DNA from: a virus
IMG/VR virus record: IMGVR_UViG_3300042301_001937
Span: 6,575-70,574 of that record
DNA length: 64,000 bases
Strand: one strand, 5' to 3'
Under the pieces are notes generated by a model. That model was not told the origin of the DNA. It saw only the letters and a list, made by a program, of their open reading frames with translations, and ran no database searches. Shown piece by piece: positions 51,294 to 61,070 of the stretch (positions within the stretch are counted from its first letter, which is position 1; each line of letters opens with the position of its first letter). A program made the translations under genes and the position numbers.

Positions 51294-51330
51294 AAAAAAT
51301 TAAGGGTAGTGTATTTCAACTACCCTTAAT
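51294..51330 (-). terminator. Intrinsic terminator after the MCP
   Basis: ATTAAGGGTAGT-N8-ACTACCCTTAAT perfect 12-bp stem with an A-tract on the left. Confidence 0.88.
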
Positions 51331-51340
51331 CGTAATATTA

Positions 51341-52789
51341 CTACAAACCAGCAGTACAAGCTAAGTCGATAGAAGTGTTAAATCTTCTAAGAACAACTTG
51401 TCCAGCTTTCAAGAAGTGTACTGAACTACCATCTTTATCAGTTGCAATGATATCGTTAGCAGTAAAGTCAGTTCCTGATGGTGCTTCGTTAATACCTTTT
51501 ACCATACCACGTAACATTGCACGGCCTTTCTTAGAAACCATAGACAAGTTACTCATACCATCATAAGTAGATGTATCTACAAATGCCATACGGAAAGATT
51601 CCAATGGAAGGTTAGGGTAGTTAGGGTGTTTAGGAGAAGCCAAAGCTTGAGGACCGTTATCAAAAATAGAAGCAGTTTTGATAATCACCTTGTAACCATC
51701 AACGTGTTGATAAGTATCAAAGTATCCACCTAATCCCAAATTGTATCCATCACCAGTAACGAATTTGTTATCTGATAATTTGATGTACTGTTTAGAACTA
51801 AGTTCATTTTTCATAGCTTGGTCAAACATTAAACGACCACCAATACCTGTGAACAAAGTGATAACTTTATTTTCAGCATCTGACATACCATAAAATACGT
51901 CACGAATGGTTTGATCAATTTTATCAGCTGTTAATGCACCATAGGTATCTTTGTTAGTGATTTGTTCGAACAAACCAGATCCACGTACAATTGGATTACC
52001 TTGTTCATCACGTTCGTTGATAACACCATAAGCATCACGATTTGATTTAGAATACCAGTAGTTAGTTTCACATTCTACACGGAAACTTAAATTGTGTTGG
52101 TATTCTTCGTAAGGCCAATACATTTCACGGTTACCTCCACCTTTGGTGTCTAACTGTACAGTTTTAGCTTTACGATATTTGATGTTACCTTCGTAAGCAT
52201 AACCTTTACGAATAGTACCTACGTCACCACGAACTTTAACTGGAGCAGTTGAAGTAGACAAGCTACCAAAAGATCCAAATGAAGCTACCGAGTTCCAACC
52301 CAATGCATACAATGAACCAGCAGCAACTTCACTTGCAGGTAAAAATTCAGATGCATTTTTAGCAACTAATCTTACACTGTAAGCCCATTGACCGTTAGTT
52401 TGAATACGGTTAGTAATACGTAATTGGTAACCTTGAGGTGACAAGATAGTGTAACCTACAGGGAAAATACCTTCAGCAAAATACAAAGTAGCTTCTGAGT
52501 AACCAATACCGAAGTTAGCTGCATAAGAACCTGAAGGAGGTGATTGAAGAGATACTGCCTTGAACAAACGTCCAATTACATCATACTCGTATTCGTCACC
52601 ATCAATTTCTTGAATAGCGTTCATACCTTCTGAAAGGTACATTAAAGGAAAACGAGAAGATTCATTACCCATCATACGAGTAAGAACTGGTGCGATTTTG
52701 TCAGGCTGTGCATTAATCAGACGAGAGAAAGAAGCATCATTACTTTTCATGCTTTCATTCCACACTTGATCCATTAAAAATTGTGCCAT
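51341..52789 (-). CDS. Major capsid protein (HK97 fold, crAss-type)
   Basis: 482 aa downstream of portal and scaffold; GSGLFEQI, LFTGIGG..MFD and HP..P.LPLES motifs; codon usage of a highly expressed gene (frequent CGT/TTC/TAC); strong terminator. Confidence 0.88.
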   Translation of the reverse strand: MAQFLMDQVWNESMKSNDASFSRLINAQPDKIAPVLTRMMGNESSRFPLMYLSEGMNAIQEIDGDEYEYDVIGRLFKAVSLQSPPSGSYAANFGIGYSEATLYFAEGIFPVGYTILSPQGYQLRITNRIQTNGQWAYSVRLVAKNASEFLPASEVAAGSLYALGWNSVASFGSFGSLSTSTAPVKVRGDVGTIRKGYAYEGNIKYRKAKTVQLDTKGGGNREMYWPYEEYQHNLSFRVECETNYWYSKSNRDAYGVINERDEQGNPIVRGSGLFEQITNKDTYGALTADKIDQTIRDVFYGMSDAENKVITLFTGIGGRLMFDQAMKNELSSKQYIKLSDNKFVTGDGYNLGLGGYFDTYQHVDGYKVIIKTASIFDNGPQALASPKHPNYPNLPLESFRMAFVDTSTYDGMSNLSMVSKKGRAMLRGMVKGINEAPSGTDFTANDIIATDKDGSSVHFLKAGQVVLRRFNTSIDLACTAGL

Positions 52790-52819
52790 AGTTTATTTGT
52801 TGTTTTTTTAGAGAATTGT

Positions 52820-53941
52820 TTATTTAATTGAGAAATCAATATCATCTTCTGCTGAACTTGAATAGCCTCCACCACTTTTCATCTTTGGTGTTACTCCTTT
52901 AAGTTTATCCCTTAAAGTTGAAGCTTTCTGACTTGCAGCAGCAGTTGATATGTATTTATTTAAGTTACCTTTATTTTTTAAGAATATAGCTAAAGCAACT
53001 CTGTCTTCTACACTAAGATTTTTTAAATCTTCTTGCATTTGTGAAGCATTGTTTTTAGTTGGTCTAGACATATAGTCCATTATTGCTCTTTGCTCAGTAG
53101 TTGGAATGTTAAAGTTTTGTACTCTACCTTTTTTAATAGTAGTATCAACTTCACCCCAAAATCTTTGCAATTGTTGTCTTCTTTGAATATCAGCTGCTCT
53201 TTGTTGTTCTAACAATACAGCACGTTGACGATCTTGCATTTTAGTAAGTTTACCTGCTGCAATTTGTGCTTGTTTTGCTAAAGTACCAGAGATTTCTAAA
53301 TCTTCTAAAGACTCTTTAATTTCTTCATCCGTGTAATCCATTTCTCTGTATAATGTTCTCATTACAGATTTTTGTACTGATTCATCTTTCAAATCAATAG
53401 TTGAAAAGTCAACTTCTGGATTAGCTGTAGTAAAGAATTGTTTAATGTTTTCTTCTGTTGCATCGTCACCTAGCATTTGAAGATAATCAAAAAATTCTCC
53501 TGCAATTGGAGGAAGAGATTCAAAGTATCCATTCAATTTTGCGTCAGCAACTTTATCCGAAGCATTGGTAATAAACTGTGCAAGTCCATCCTCTGTTTCT
53601 TCATAAGTTTCATCTTCATCGAATTGATAACCTAATTTTTCTGCTAATGTTTCAAAGAGCGTTGATTCAGATCCTTCACCTTCTAAGTTTAATTCTTCTT
53701 CAGGTTCTGGTTCTGGATCAGGTTGTTTTTTAGATGTTTTTTTAGGCTCAGGTTCTGGTTCTAAAATGTCATCTACAGGTTCAACCTTTTTTTCCTTTCC
53801 AACTTTTTTCTTTTCAGGTTGTGGTGTTGGTTCCACATCATCTACCACAATATCTTTTGTGGTTTCTGTTTGAGTTGATTCTCCGACTTTAGTTAAGTCA
53901 AACTCTAATTCCTCAAATCCTGCTTCTTTTTCATTACTCAT
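52820..53941 (-). CDS. Acidic putative scaffolding protein
   Basis: Very Glu/Asp-rich with PEPEP repeats; between portal and MCP; likely start ATG 53941. Confidence 0.7.
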   Translation of the reverse strand: MSNEKEAGFEELEFDLTKVGESTQTETTKDIVVDDVEPTPQPEKKKVGKEKKVEPVDDILEPEPEPKKTSKKQPDPEPEPEEELNLEGEGSESTLFETLAEKLGYQFDEDETYEETEDGLAQFITNASDKVADAKLNGYFESLPPIAGEFFDYLQMLGDDATEENIKQFFTTANPEVDFSTIDLKDESVQKSVMRTLYREMDYTDEEIKESLEDLEISGTLAKQAQIAAGKLTKMQDRQRAVLLEQQRAADIQRRQQLQRFWGEVDTTIKKGRVQNFNIPTTEQRAIMDYMSRPTKNNASQMQEDLKNLSVEDRVALAIFLKNKGNLNKYISTAAASQKASTLRDKLKGVTPKMKSGGGYSSSAEDDIDFSIK

Positions 53942-53950
53942 ATTCAATTA

Positions 53951-53958
53951 CAAATTTA
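53951..53958 (-). promoter_or_regulatory. Bacteroidota -7 element (TAAATTTG)
   Basis: TAnnTTTG in the portal-scaffold intergenic gap. Confidence 0.65.
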
Positions 53959-54007
53959 AAATGTTATTTAATAACTTTATTTATAGATTTCGTTCTTTAA
54001 TTGTATA

Positions 54008-56353
54008 TCACTTACTTGATGGCTTTTTAGCTGCAGTTTTCTCACGTGATTTAATTTCCATTTCTTTCATCTTCATTTCAGCTGCTTTCATTTCTTTTTC
54101 ATGATCCATTCTCTTATTATCATTAAACTGATTAGCTTGCATTTCCTGCATTTTTAAATTAGTAGTGGTAGCCAATTTAGTTTGTTCAAGAGATAATTTA
54201 GCTTGATCTAAAATAGTATCTGCATTAGGACCTTCATCAATAGCTAAAGCTGTAAGTTCAGTACGTTTAATATCCCACATACCTTTTCTGTCAATTTGCT
54301 CTAATACATATTGTTGTTGAAGATGTAAAGCTTCTTGTTTCTTATCTTCTAATTGTATAGCAGCTTGGTTCTGACTTTGTTGTTGTGCTTGTTGATATTC
54401 TTGTAATTTCTTTTCAGCAACTTTTAATTTAGTTTTAGCTTCAGCAATTGTATTAACATCTAAAGCATCAACTACAGCAGAAGCTGGAGTACCATTTTGC
54501 AACATAGGTTGAGTCAAAGAATGAATTAATTGTAATCTTTCTTGTTCCCTGTTACTATCAGATACAGCAATACCATATTCAGTTTCCATGTGAGTAAGTA
54601 CATCCATATCCATATAAATTACATCAGTAGAATTAGGCATAACAAACGTAGCTGCTTTACCGTTAATCCAAGCTAATTTAGAATAATCTATAATTCCTTC
54701 GTACTCACGTTTTCTAAATTCATCAAATTTAGTAAAATACATTTCTGTAATAAGTGATGATTGTAATACAGATCTTTCAACTCCACCTACAGTTTCTGAT
54801 GATGAAATCTGACCTTCTCTTTGTTTAGAGATACCACATACCTCATCCCATTCTGATTTGATGAAACCTAAAAGATCAATATACATCTTAATAGTCTGTG
54901 ATGCTAATTGTAATCTAGTTTGATGGGTAGCATTCATTTTAACAGTATCTTTTGAATAGTCAACAAACATCATACTTACCTGATCAGCATATAATAACCA
55001 TTTATCCATGCTCCAACCTTGAGGTTTCCAGTTAATGTCAATTAAAGCCATATCATCTTTCATTTTAGCCATAGCTAATTTAAGACGATGGAATGTAGCA
55101 TTATATAATACCTGGAAAGGAATACCTCTTGAAACTAAAGATACACTCTTTGAGTTAATGTTAGACATAATCCTACCATTATAAGGTAACTTACATTTTG
55201 ATGGATTATCTAAACTACCTCTTTGTGTTGGTACAGGACGCATTCTTTTATATAATGCAGTACCTAATTTATAACCTTCCCATACTTCATTAACCCAATA
55301 CCATTCTATTTTCTGTCCTTTTTCTGGAGTATAAGTTTCATCTACTTCTAAAGTTTGAGTCATACCCATTTCGTCTACAAAATCGACAAAACCGATTTTC
55401 TTCCTTGACTTCCAAACAACGTGCATTACTTCTATTAATCTAGACCATTGTTTAAACCCTACACTTCTATCGTAATAAACGTTAGAGTTAGAGTTAATAG
55501 CTGGACCTTGAATAGCTAAAGAATCAATTAATTTAATTTCTTTTTCATCTAGCTCATCATAGAACATGTCAATGACAGTAGACGGATGCATATATTTTCT
55601 TCTAACTACCCAGTCACCGTCTTCTACAAACTGAACATCTGGGTCTTTATCAAAATCTATGTCAAGTGGATTTACTACTTCTACAACAGGTTCGTTATGT
55701 TCTATTCCTTTTAATGTATAAGTTTCTCCTGTAACTAACCAATGGAAAAAAGCTAAGTTATATTTTTCATCTAATTTTTGAGTAGACTTAATATAGTCTA
55801 TTGCTTTTTGACCAGCAATAGCTCTTTTATCTCTATAAGTAGCTTCAAATTCTTCTTTAACTTTCTCAGGTACAGGTACTTCTTCTGAAGCTACACCTGT
55901 CTGAACACCTTGAGCATTAAGTTCATTAATAAACATTTGCTCTAAGGTCTGGTTAATTTTTTGATTTAACTCTTCATCTTTTTTAGTAACAACATCATCA
56001 TTTACTACGTACACCATTTCTTTCTTAGGGCGTTTAGCATATTCTGATGATAAAAGATCTACTTTAGTATTAATGATAGGATAGTTCTGAACATCTGACC
56101 AATCTCCTTCAATAGGAGTACCGAATGGTTCAGTAATTAGTTTATAATCTTCTAAGAAGATATTACCGTTATAGTAATCGTAAAGCTTTTTTAATTTAAG
56201 CTTCCAAGTGTTAGTAGTAAAAGTAGATCTAGCTATGTAAGCGTTCATGGTGAACTTTACCATAGCATAATCATTTCTTATCTTATCTTTATACGATACG
56301 TTTTGATTTGGAATATCAAAAGTCATATCTACTCCTGCTGCTGGATTACTCAT
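54008..56353 (-). CDS. Portal protein
   Basis: 781 aa after TerL; YDYYNG, NYPII..KVDLL..E..KRP, WVNEVWEG, KLPYNG and GISKQREG motifs; Gln-rich coiled C-terminus. Confidence 0.9.
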   Translation of the reverse strand: MSNPAAGVDMTFDIPNQNVSYKDKIRNDYAMVKFTMNAYIARSTFTTNTWKLKLKKLYDYYNGNIFLEDYKLITEPFGTPIEGDWSDVQNYPIINTKVDLLSSEYAKRPKKEMVYVVNDDVVTKKDEELNQKINQTLEQMFINELNAQGVQTGVASEEVPVPEKVKEEFEATYRDKRAIAGQKAIDYIKSTQKLDEKYNLAFFHWLVTGETYTLKGIEHNEPVVEVVNPLDIDFDKDPDVQFVEDGDWVVRRKYMHPSTVIDMFYDELDEKEIKLIDSLAIQGPAINSNSNVYYDRSVGFKQWSRLIEVMHVVWKSRKKIGFVDFVDEMGMTQTLEVDETYTPEKGQKIEWYWVNEVWEGYKLGTALYKRMRPVPTQRGSLDNPSKCKLPYNGRIMSNINSKSVSLVSRGIPFQVLYNATFHRLKLAMAKMKDDMALIDINWKPQGWSMDKWLLYADQVSMMFVDYSKDTVKMNATHQTRLQLASQTIKMYIDLLGFIKSEWDEVCGISKQREGQISSSETVGGVERSVLQSSLITEMYFTKFDEFRKREYEGIIDYSKLAWINGKAATFVMPNSTDVIYMDMDVLTHMETEYGIAVSDSNREQERLQLIHSLTQPMLQNGTPASAVVDALDVNTIAEAKTKLKVAEKKLQEYQQAQQQSQNQAAIQLEDKKQEALHLQQQYVLEQIDRKGMWDIKRTELTALAIDEGPNADTILDQAKLSLEQTKLATTTNLKMQEMQANQFNDNKRMDHEKEMKAAEMKMKEMEIKSREKTAAKKPSSK

Positions 56354-56371
56354 TAATTTTAATTATTATTG

Positions 56372-56379
56372 CAAATTTA
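56372..56379 (-). promoter_or_regulatory. Bacteroidota -7 element (TAAATTTG)
   Basis: TAnnTTTG overlapping the TerL stop codon, 18 nt upstream of the portal ATG. Confidence 0.55.
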
Positions 56380-58452
56380 ATGGAACAATTTGTTAATCCC
56401 AAACTTTGTGTCCATCCGAGTAAAGAACTCCTCATCATAAGGTGAGGTTCTTTTTTCTTCTGGGGGTGGCTTTAAAAGAAGTTCTTTCTTATAAAGCATA
56501 GCTACAAACATAGCTGAAACCCTATCAAAGTTTCCATCATAACTAAATTTGATCAATTCCTCTAACAAAGGTACGGAATAAATTTTATGTAAATTCAATA
56601 ATTGTTCTCCGTCTTCTGTTACTTCCCTTTTTTGTAACAACCAGTCTCTGAGATAACTAGCTGCTTGTTTTTTAGTTTCTATACTAGACATAGATACACC
56701 GTAGCTTCTACCTAACTTTCTTTTAGGAGCATCATTCATATCGTACACCGTTACCTCTTCTTCTAATCGATGGAATAGTTTATGTATTCTAGCATAAGCT
56801 AAAATGTCTCCGTCCCTATCATTTTCAAATACAATCTTAGCATTATAATAATGAGCTAACAAAAATAAATTCTTGTTGTAGTCATCTTGAAGATTAGGTC
56901 TGCCTACATATTCAGCTACAATCATGTCGTAAGGCTTTGAAAAGTTATTAACACGTTTAAATACAAAAGTAGCACCTAAAGAGTCACGTTTAGTTATTTT
57001 CTTATCTTTACCTTTATCTATAGCATAAGGGTCAGTAGCTATAAAGTACAGATTATCAGGAGCTACGTCATTAATCTGAAAGGGTTGCTGATAAATAATA
57101 ACAGCACCTTCTCCGTCAACATCTGGTTTTAAAGGAAAGTTATTAATAGGTTTAACGTCATCTCTAGGTTCAAATTTTACCTTACCGTGACTATCTGTAA
57201 ATAAGATTCCTGGTGTACCCAAATACTGTAAGGCTTTTTGAGATCTAATGTTATTGATCTGTTGGTTTAACTCAGCTTTAGGAAATATATTAGTACCTAT
57301 CTTAATAAAAGCTTCTGATGGTTTACGTGGAAATTCAGCTAAATAAGCATCAACCTCATTTGGATTTTTAGATTTACGTTTTAAATTCTCTACTTGTTGT
57401 TCAATAAATAACTCAGCTTCTGTTGTAGCAGAAGTTCCACCTCCAAGTCCAGTTTCTTTAATAAAACCACCCTTAGAATAATAGTCAGGTAAGAAGTAAC
57501 CCATTTGAGTATGCTCCATACCGTCATCAAATATATTCTGATACGGTCTAAAGTTATAAGTTTCAGGGTCGTAAAACATTCTTTCAAAGTCTACTTGCCC
57601 TCCAGTAAAGTCACCACCAGTTCCATATACAAATATCTGACCTGTAACGTCCACACTTTCTTCTACTGTAGCTCTAGTTACACGGTAAGTAGCTAATAAG
57701 TTGTTAAAAGAACCTGCTTCTTCAAATAGAATTACGTTAGCATCTTTACCCCTTACTACGTCTGGGTTGTTTAAAGCAGTAAATCCCATGATCCTAGATT
57801 TAAAACCTTGGACTATCTCTCTACCATCAGGAGTTTTTTCTATAAACGAAGCCATTACCTCTTCGTATCTTCTATTAGTCTGCTGTCTCTGTTTACCAAA
57901 GTCAGTATATTTCAATAGAAAATCCAAGTAATCTACAGCCATACCCATAGTTTCTTTAGTATATTTCTCTTGTTCAGATAATATTAAAGATGTTGATTTC
58001 CTAACAAAGGTATAGTTATAAGCAGCCTTAGCAGCATTCTTAAAAGAATAACCTCTACGTCTTGGCTTAACTATAATCATGTGTTGACCTTCTTCTCTAG
58101 CTTTTTCACATTCCGTAAAATAATACCAATCAGAATCCCAGAAAGCTGGAAACGTAGTTTTCTTTTCAACCTTTCGTTTCTTAGATATATTCTCTTTTAA
58201 AGCTACAGCTTCTTTTAATTGTATTTGGCAAAAGTTTAAATAAAAGTAATGTTCTCCTGTGATTCTTACACCACCAACAGAGTAACCGTTTTTACAATAA
58301 TATTCTTGTTCATCCCAATATTCTTTCCATTCTAAACTTCCTCTAGGAGCATTAATATAACCGTCAAATCCACGTAAAGCATTGATTTGGAACCGTTTAG
58401 ATTCAGGACTAAACTCTTCTGTGTTTATATGTGATATATCTAAAATAAACAT
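56377..58452 (-). CDS. terL: Terminase large subunit
   Basis: ITGEHYFYLNF, Walker A KPRRRGYS, Walker B ILFEEAG, YGTGG, and nuclease motifs ATDPY and GNFDRVSA. Confidence 0.93.
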   Translation of the reverse strand: MFILDISHINTEEFSPESKRFQINALRGFDGYINAPRGSLEWKEYWDEQEYYCKNGYSVGGVRITGEHYFYLNFCQIQLKEAVALKENISKKRKVEKKTTFPAFWDSDWYYFTECEKAREEGQHMIIVKPRRRGYSFKNAAKAAYNYTFVRKSTSLILSEQEKYTKETMGMAVDYLDFLLKYTDFGKQRQQTNRRYEEVMASFIEKTPDGREIVQGFKSRIMGFTALNNPDVVRGKDANVILFEEAGSFNNLLATYRVTRATVEESVDVTGQIFVYGTGGDFTGGQVDFERMFYDPETYNFRPYQNIFDDGMEHTQMGYFLPDYYSKGGFIKETGLGGGTSATTEAELFIEQQVENLKRKSKNPNEVDAYLAEFPRKPSEAFIKIGTNIFPKAELNQQINNIRSQKALQYLGTPGILFTDSHGKVKFEPRDDVKPINNFPLKPDVDGEGAVIIYQQPFQINDVAPDNLYFIATDPYAIDKGKDKKITKRDSLGATFVFKRVNNFSKPYDMIVAEYVGRPNLQDDYNKNLFLLAHYYNAKIVFENDRDGDILAYARIHKLFHRLEEEVTVYDMNDAPKRKLGRSYGVSMSSIETKKQAASYLRDWLLQKREVTEDGEQLLNLHKIYSVPLLEELIKFSYDGNFDRVSAMFVAMLYKKELLLKPPPEEKRTSPYDEEFFTRMDTKFGINKLFH

Positions 58453-59054
58453 TATCTTTCTCTATCTGAAATGTAAACTCCACCTTTAACTCTACTTGCT
58501 ACTTTAGATCTTTCTGATTGTAGCTTTTCGTATAACTTTTCTAATTGATCTATATGGGATGGTATTTCTTTTGATACCTTTAATAATGACGTTAAATCAT
58601 TAAGCATTAATTCTACACCAGAAACAATCTGACCACGTTTATTATTAATACCCGTTTTATGTTTACCTGCTTTTAAATCTTCTTTTAACTGTTTAGTTAT
58701 TTCAGATACAATATCATTACATTCATGTAACGAATTTAACATAGTATCTACTACGTGTAAAGACGGAGTTTTAATATTATCTTTGTACACCTTAATAGCT
58801 TCTTCAATTAAACTATCTGGTTTCCAGTCTTTTACAACTCCTTCAAATAAATCTTTAATTAATTTACCTTGTCTATCAGACTCGGAATAGTTATAATACG
58901 GAGAAGATGGGTTACACATGTGATATATGTAAGCTATCTCTTTAATAGGAACATTGCCTTTTTTACGTTTTGCTATCTTGTTAAAAACTTCAATCGTTAA
59001 TACCTCTGCAGGTATCATTATCTCCAGATTCTCTTTTACTTGTAATACATTCAT
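58452..59054 (-). CDS. Conserved helical protein upstream of TerL (terminase small subunit candidate)
   Basis: TAATG-coupled to terL; KEIAYIY...SPY N-terminus, coiled coil and RVKGG tail. Function inferred from position only. Confidence 0.5.
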   Translation of the reverse strand: MNVLQVKENLEIMIPAEVLTIEVFNKIAKRKKGNVPIKEIAYIYHMCNPSSPYYNYSESDRQGKLIKDLFEGVVKDWKPDSLIEEAIKVYKDNIKTPSLHVVDTMLNSLHECNDIVSEITKQLKEDLKAGKHKTGINNKRGQIVSGVELMLNDLTSLLKVSKEIPSHIDQLEKLYEKLQSERSKVASRVKGGVYISDRER

Positions 59055-59358
59055 ATTCTTTCGTTATTTCAAATTGATGTAACAAACCTCCTACTGCATC
59101 AACTAACTGTTCATCTAACCATAGATCTTGATGACCTGTATGATATAATAGACAATGAGTCAATTCATGATAGAAGGTATGCTCTACAATACTTTCTTTA
59201 TACTTTACCCAATTCTTTTTAGCTTTATACTTATCGGCTAAAACTATTCTATTCTCGTAATATAAAAATCTACCTAAACATTTGTTTTGATGACAATATT
59301 CATTATCTATCTCAACAGATATTTCGTGACCTAAGATATTAAATTGTTTGGGTATCAT
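58990..59358 (-). CDS. Small HExxH metallopeptidase-like protein
   Basis: TFYHELTHCLL...DEQLVD zincin motif. Confidence 0.7.
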   Translation of the reverse strand: MIPKQFNILGHEISVEIDNEYCHQNKCLGRFLYYENRIVLADKYKAKKNWVKYKESIVEHTFYHELTHCLLYHTGHQDLWLDEQLVDAVGGLLHQFEITKEYECITSKRESGDNDTCRGIND

Positions 59359-59626
59359 CTAACAAAGATACAATTTTTTCCACAGGTTCGTTAACTATGA
59401 AAGTTCTTGTATCAAACAACTCTAACACACTATGGTCTTTGTTAGATTTTCTAGATGATATACAATATAATTCTTCTTTAAACATCTCAACATTAAAATA
59501 CATATCCATCCAAACAGTATCAACTGTTTCTTCTGGTTCAAGGTTAAGCTCTTTTAATACTGACTTGTAAGAATCCATTGATATTTCTTCGGCCACACAC
59601 ATTACTGGTAATTTTATAAATTTCAT
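59339..59626 (-). CDS. Hypothetical protein
   Basis: 95-aa ORF in the operon. Confidence 0.6.
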   Translation of the reverse strand: MKFIKLPVMCVAEEISMDSYKSVLKELNLEPEETVDTVWMDMYFNVEMFKEELYCISSRKSNKDHSVLELFDTRTFIVNEPVEKIVSLLDDTQTI

Positions 59627-59838
59627 AACTCTATATTATATTTTTTAATTGTTTTTTCTCTTATTCTTTTAGACGCTTTAAACGAATTAGCTGCTTCTTC
59701 AAAAGCTGGTTTAGATTCCATATTAATTACACCTCTATTATAACAATATTTGTCATAAATAAAATATGTTACCATATCATCAGTATTATTCTTGACATAT
59801 TGTGCTAGATAAGCAGGTAAGGTATATTCAGGTTTCAT
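59623..59838 (-). CDS. Hypothetical protein
   Basis: 71-aa ORF, ATGA-coupled to the next gene. Confidence 0.55.
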   Translation of the reverse strand: MKPEYTLPAYLAQYVKNNTDDMVTYFIYDKYCYNRGVINMESKPAFEEAANSFKASKRIREKTIKKYNIEL

Positions 59839-59840
59839 AA

Positions 59841-60608
59841 TTAAACTTTTGCTTTGTTTTCTTTATCGGCCATTAATTTATTATAGTGAGTTACAGCTAT
59901 ATTGTAAAACTTACTACATTTTCTACATTGTAAAATACGTTTTTTAACTCCAGCAGCTGACACTCTAGTGCCATTTAATCTAACATCGTCACTTCCACAT
60001 TCAGGGCATTCAAGTTTTGTATTTCCCTCAAGCACAGCTCTATGTGTTTTATGTTTAATAAAAGGATTCATTTTTTCAAATACCTTTTGTGTCAACACTA
60101 CATCCTTTTTACAATACTTAACCATCTGATTCATAGCCTTTTCGTCATTGTTTAACACAATGTCTTTCCAAAGATTATAACCCGTGTGAAGTTTGTTGCC
60201 AAATCCCATAAAGCTTGACATGTAGTCTAGTTTATTTGAATTAAATCTAAAATATTTTTTGGCTAACTTATAAGTATCAACAGATTGATATTCTGGATAT
60301 GCAGGTATGTTATGTTTTAAACATCTGGTTCTCAGCCATTTAATGTCAAAGTTATCAGAATTCTGCCCTATAACCTCATCAGCTGAGTTCATAATTTGCA
60401 TGAATTTTTCCAATAATTGCTTATCGTCACCCTTATCCCAAGTTAAATATTGAACCTGTTTTTCATGAGCCCATTTATAACATACACATATTACAGCTCT
60501 TTCCTGTATTATGTTTTCAGGGGATATGTTTAATTTATACCCTGCTGACCAAAAGAAACCTATATTCGGTGAGGTTTCAATGTCAAAAAATAATCTTTTG
60601 AATTGCAT
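59841..60608 (-). CDS. RNase H-fold DEDD 3'-5' exonuclease (YprB-like) with C-terminal Zn ribbon
   Basis: FFDIETSP, GQNSDNFD, VDT and YCKKDV motifs; CPECGS...CRKC. Confidence 0.85.
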   Translation of the reverse strand: MQFKRLFFDIETSPNIGFFWSAGYKLNISPENIIQERAVICVCYKWAHEKQVQYLTWDKGDDKQLLEKFMQIMNSADEVIGQNSDNFDIKWLRTRCLKHNIPAYPEYQSVDTYKLAKKYFRFNSNKLDYMSSFMGFGNKLHTGYNLWKDIVLNNDEKAMNQMVKYCKKDVVLTQKVFEKMNPFIKHKTHRAVLEGNTKLECPECGSDDVRLNGTRVSAAGVKKRILQCRKCSKFYNIAVTHYNKLMADKENKAKV

Positions 60609-60853
60609 TACTCTTCAATTTCAAAACTAACTAAATCAGCTGAATAAGGTCTTCTTTCTGCAACAGTTAACGTATCTAGTTGTTGCAAATAACGTAATAA
60701 AATGTTAGAGGCATGATGTAAAATAGCTTCTTTAGTTGCTGATTTTTCCATCAAATTACTGGTTTGAATTGAGTCAATACATATCTTCATTAACTCAAGT
60801 TCTTTTTCAATTTTCGGCAGTGGTCGTAACCACACCTTTTTTTCTGTATTCAT
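60608..60853 (-). CDS. Hypothetical protein
   Basis: 81-aa ORF, TAATG-coupled. Confidence 0.55.
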   Translation of the reverse strand: MNTEKKVWLRPLPKIEKELELMKICIDSIQTSNLMEKSATKEAILHHASNILLRYLQQLDTLTVAERRPYSADLVSFEIEE

Positions 60854-61070
60854 GTAATTCGTTTACTTTGTTAGCTTTTCTTTTATTAAATTTAAATGTA
60901 CCTATTCCTTTGATTTTTACAGATCTTCTTTCGGATACATCTTTAATTGAATCTTCAGCCATAACTTTAGCAGTAAATTTAAATTGTGAATTAAATATAT
61001 CTTGAACCTGACTTTGTGTTAAGTCATGTTCTAAAGCTAAGGCTATTATTTTATCTTTTAAAAACTTCAT
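60807..61070 (-). CDS. HU/IHF-like DNA-binding protein
   Basis: LALEHDLTQSQVQDIF helices and VKIKGIGTF strand motif. Confidence 0.75.
   Translation of the reverse strand: MKFLKDKIIALALEHDLTQSQVQDIFNSQFKFTAKVMAEDSIKDVSERRSVKIKGIGTFKFNKRKANKVNELHEYRKKGVVTTTAEN

Noticed and set aside
53690-53835. GGTTCT/PEPEP repeats in the scaffold gene
   Set aside because: Ordinary low-complexity acidic linker coding.
6414-58452. Inteins or further introns in polA, RNAP, MCP, portal or terL
   Set aside because: The ORFs are continuous and of expected size, and no C...HN intein boundaries or intron cores were noticed.
43612-61005. Nested ORFs 43612, 43772, 44945, 51375, 57390, 57505, 57701 and 60736
   Set aside because: They overlap stronger genes. 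43772-44008 was considered as an embedded o-spanin but has no lipobox Cys, and its host gene already carries both anchors.
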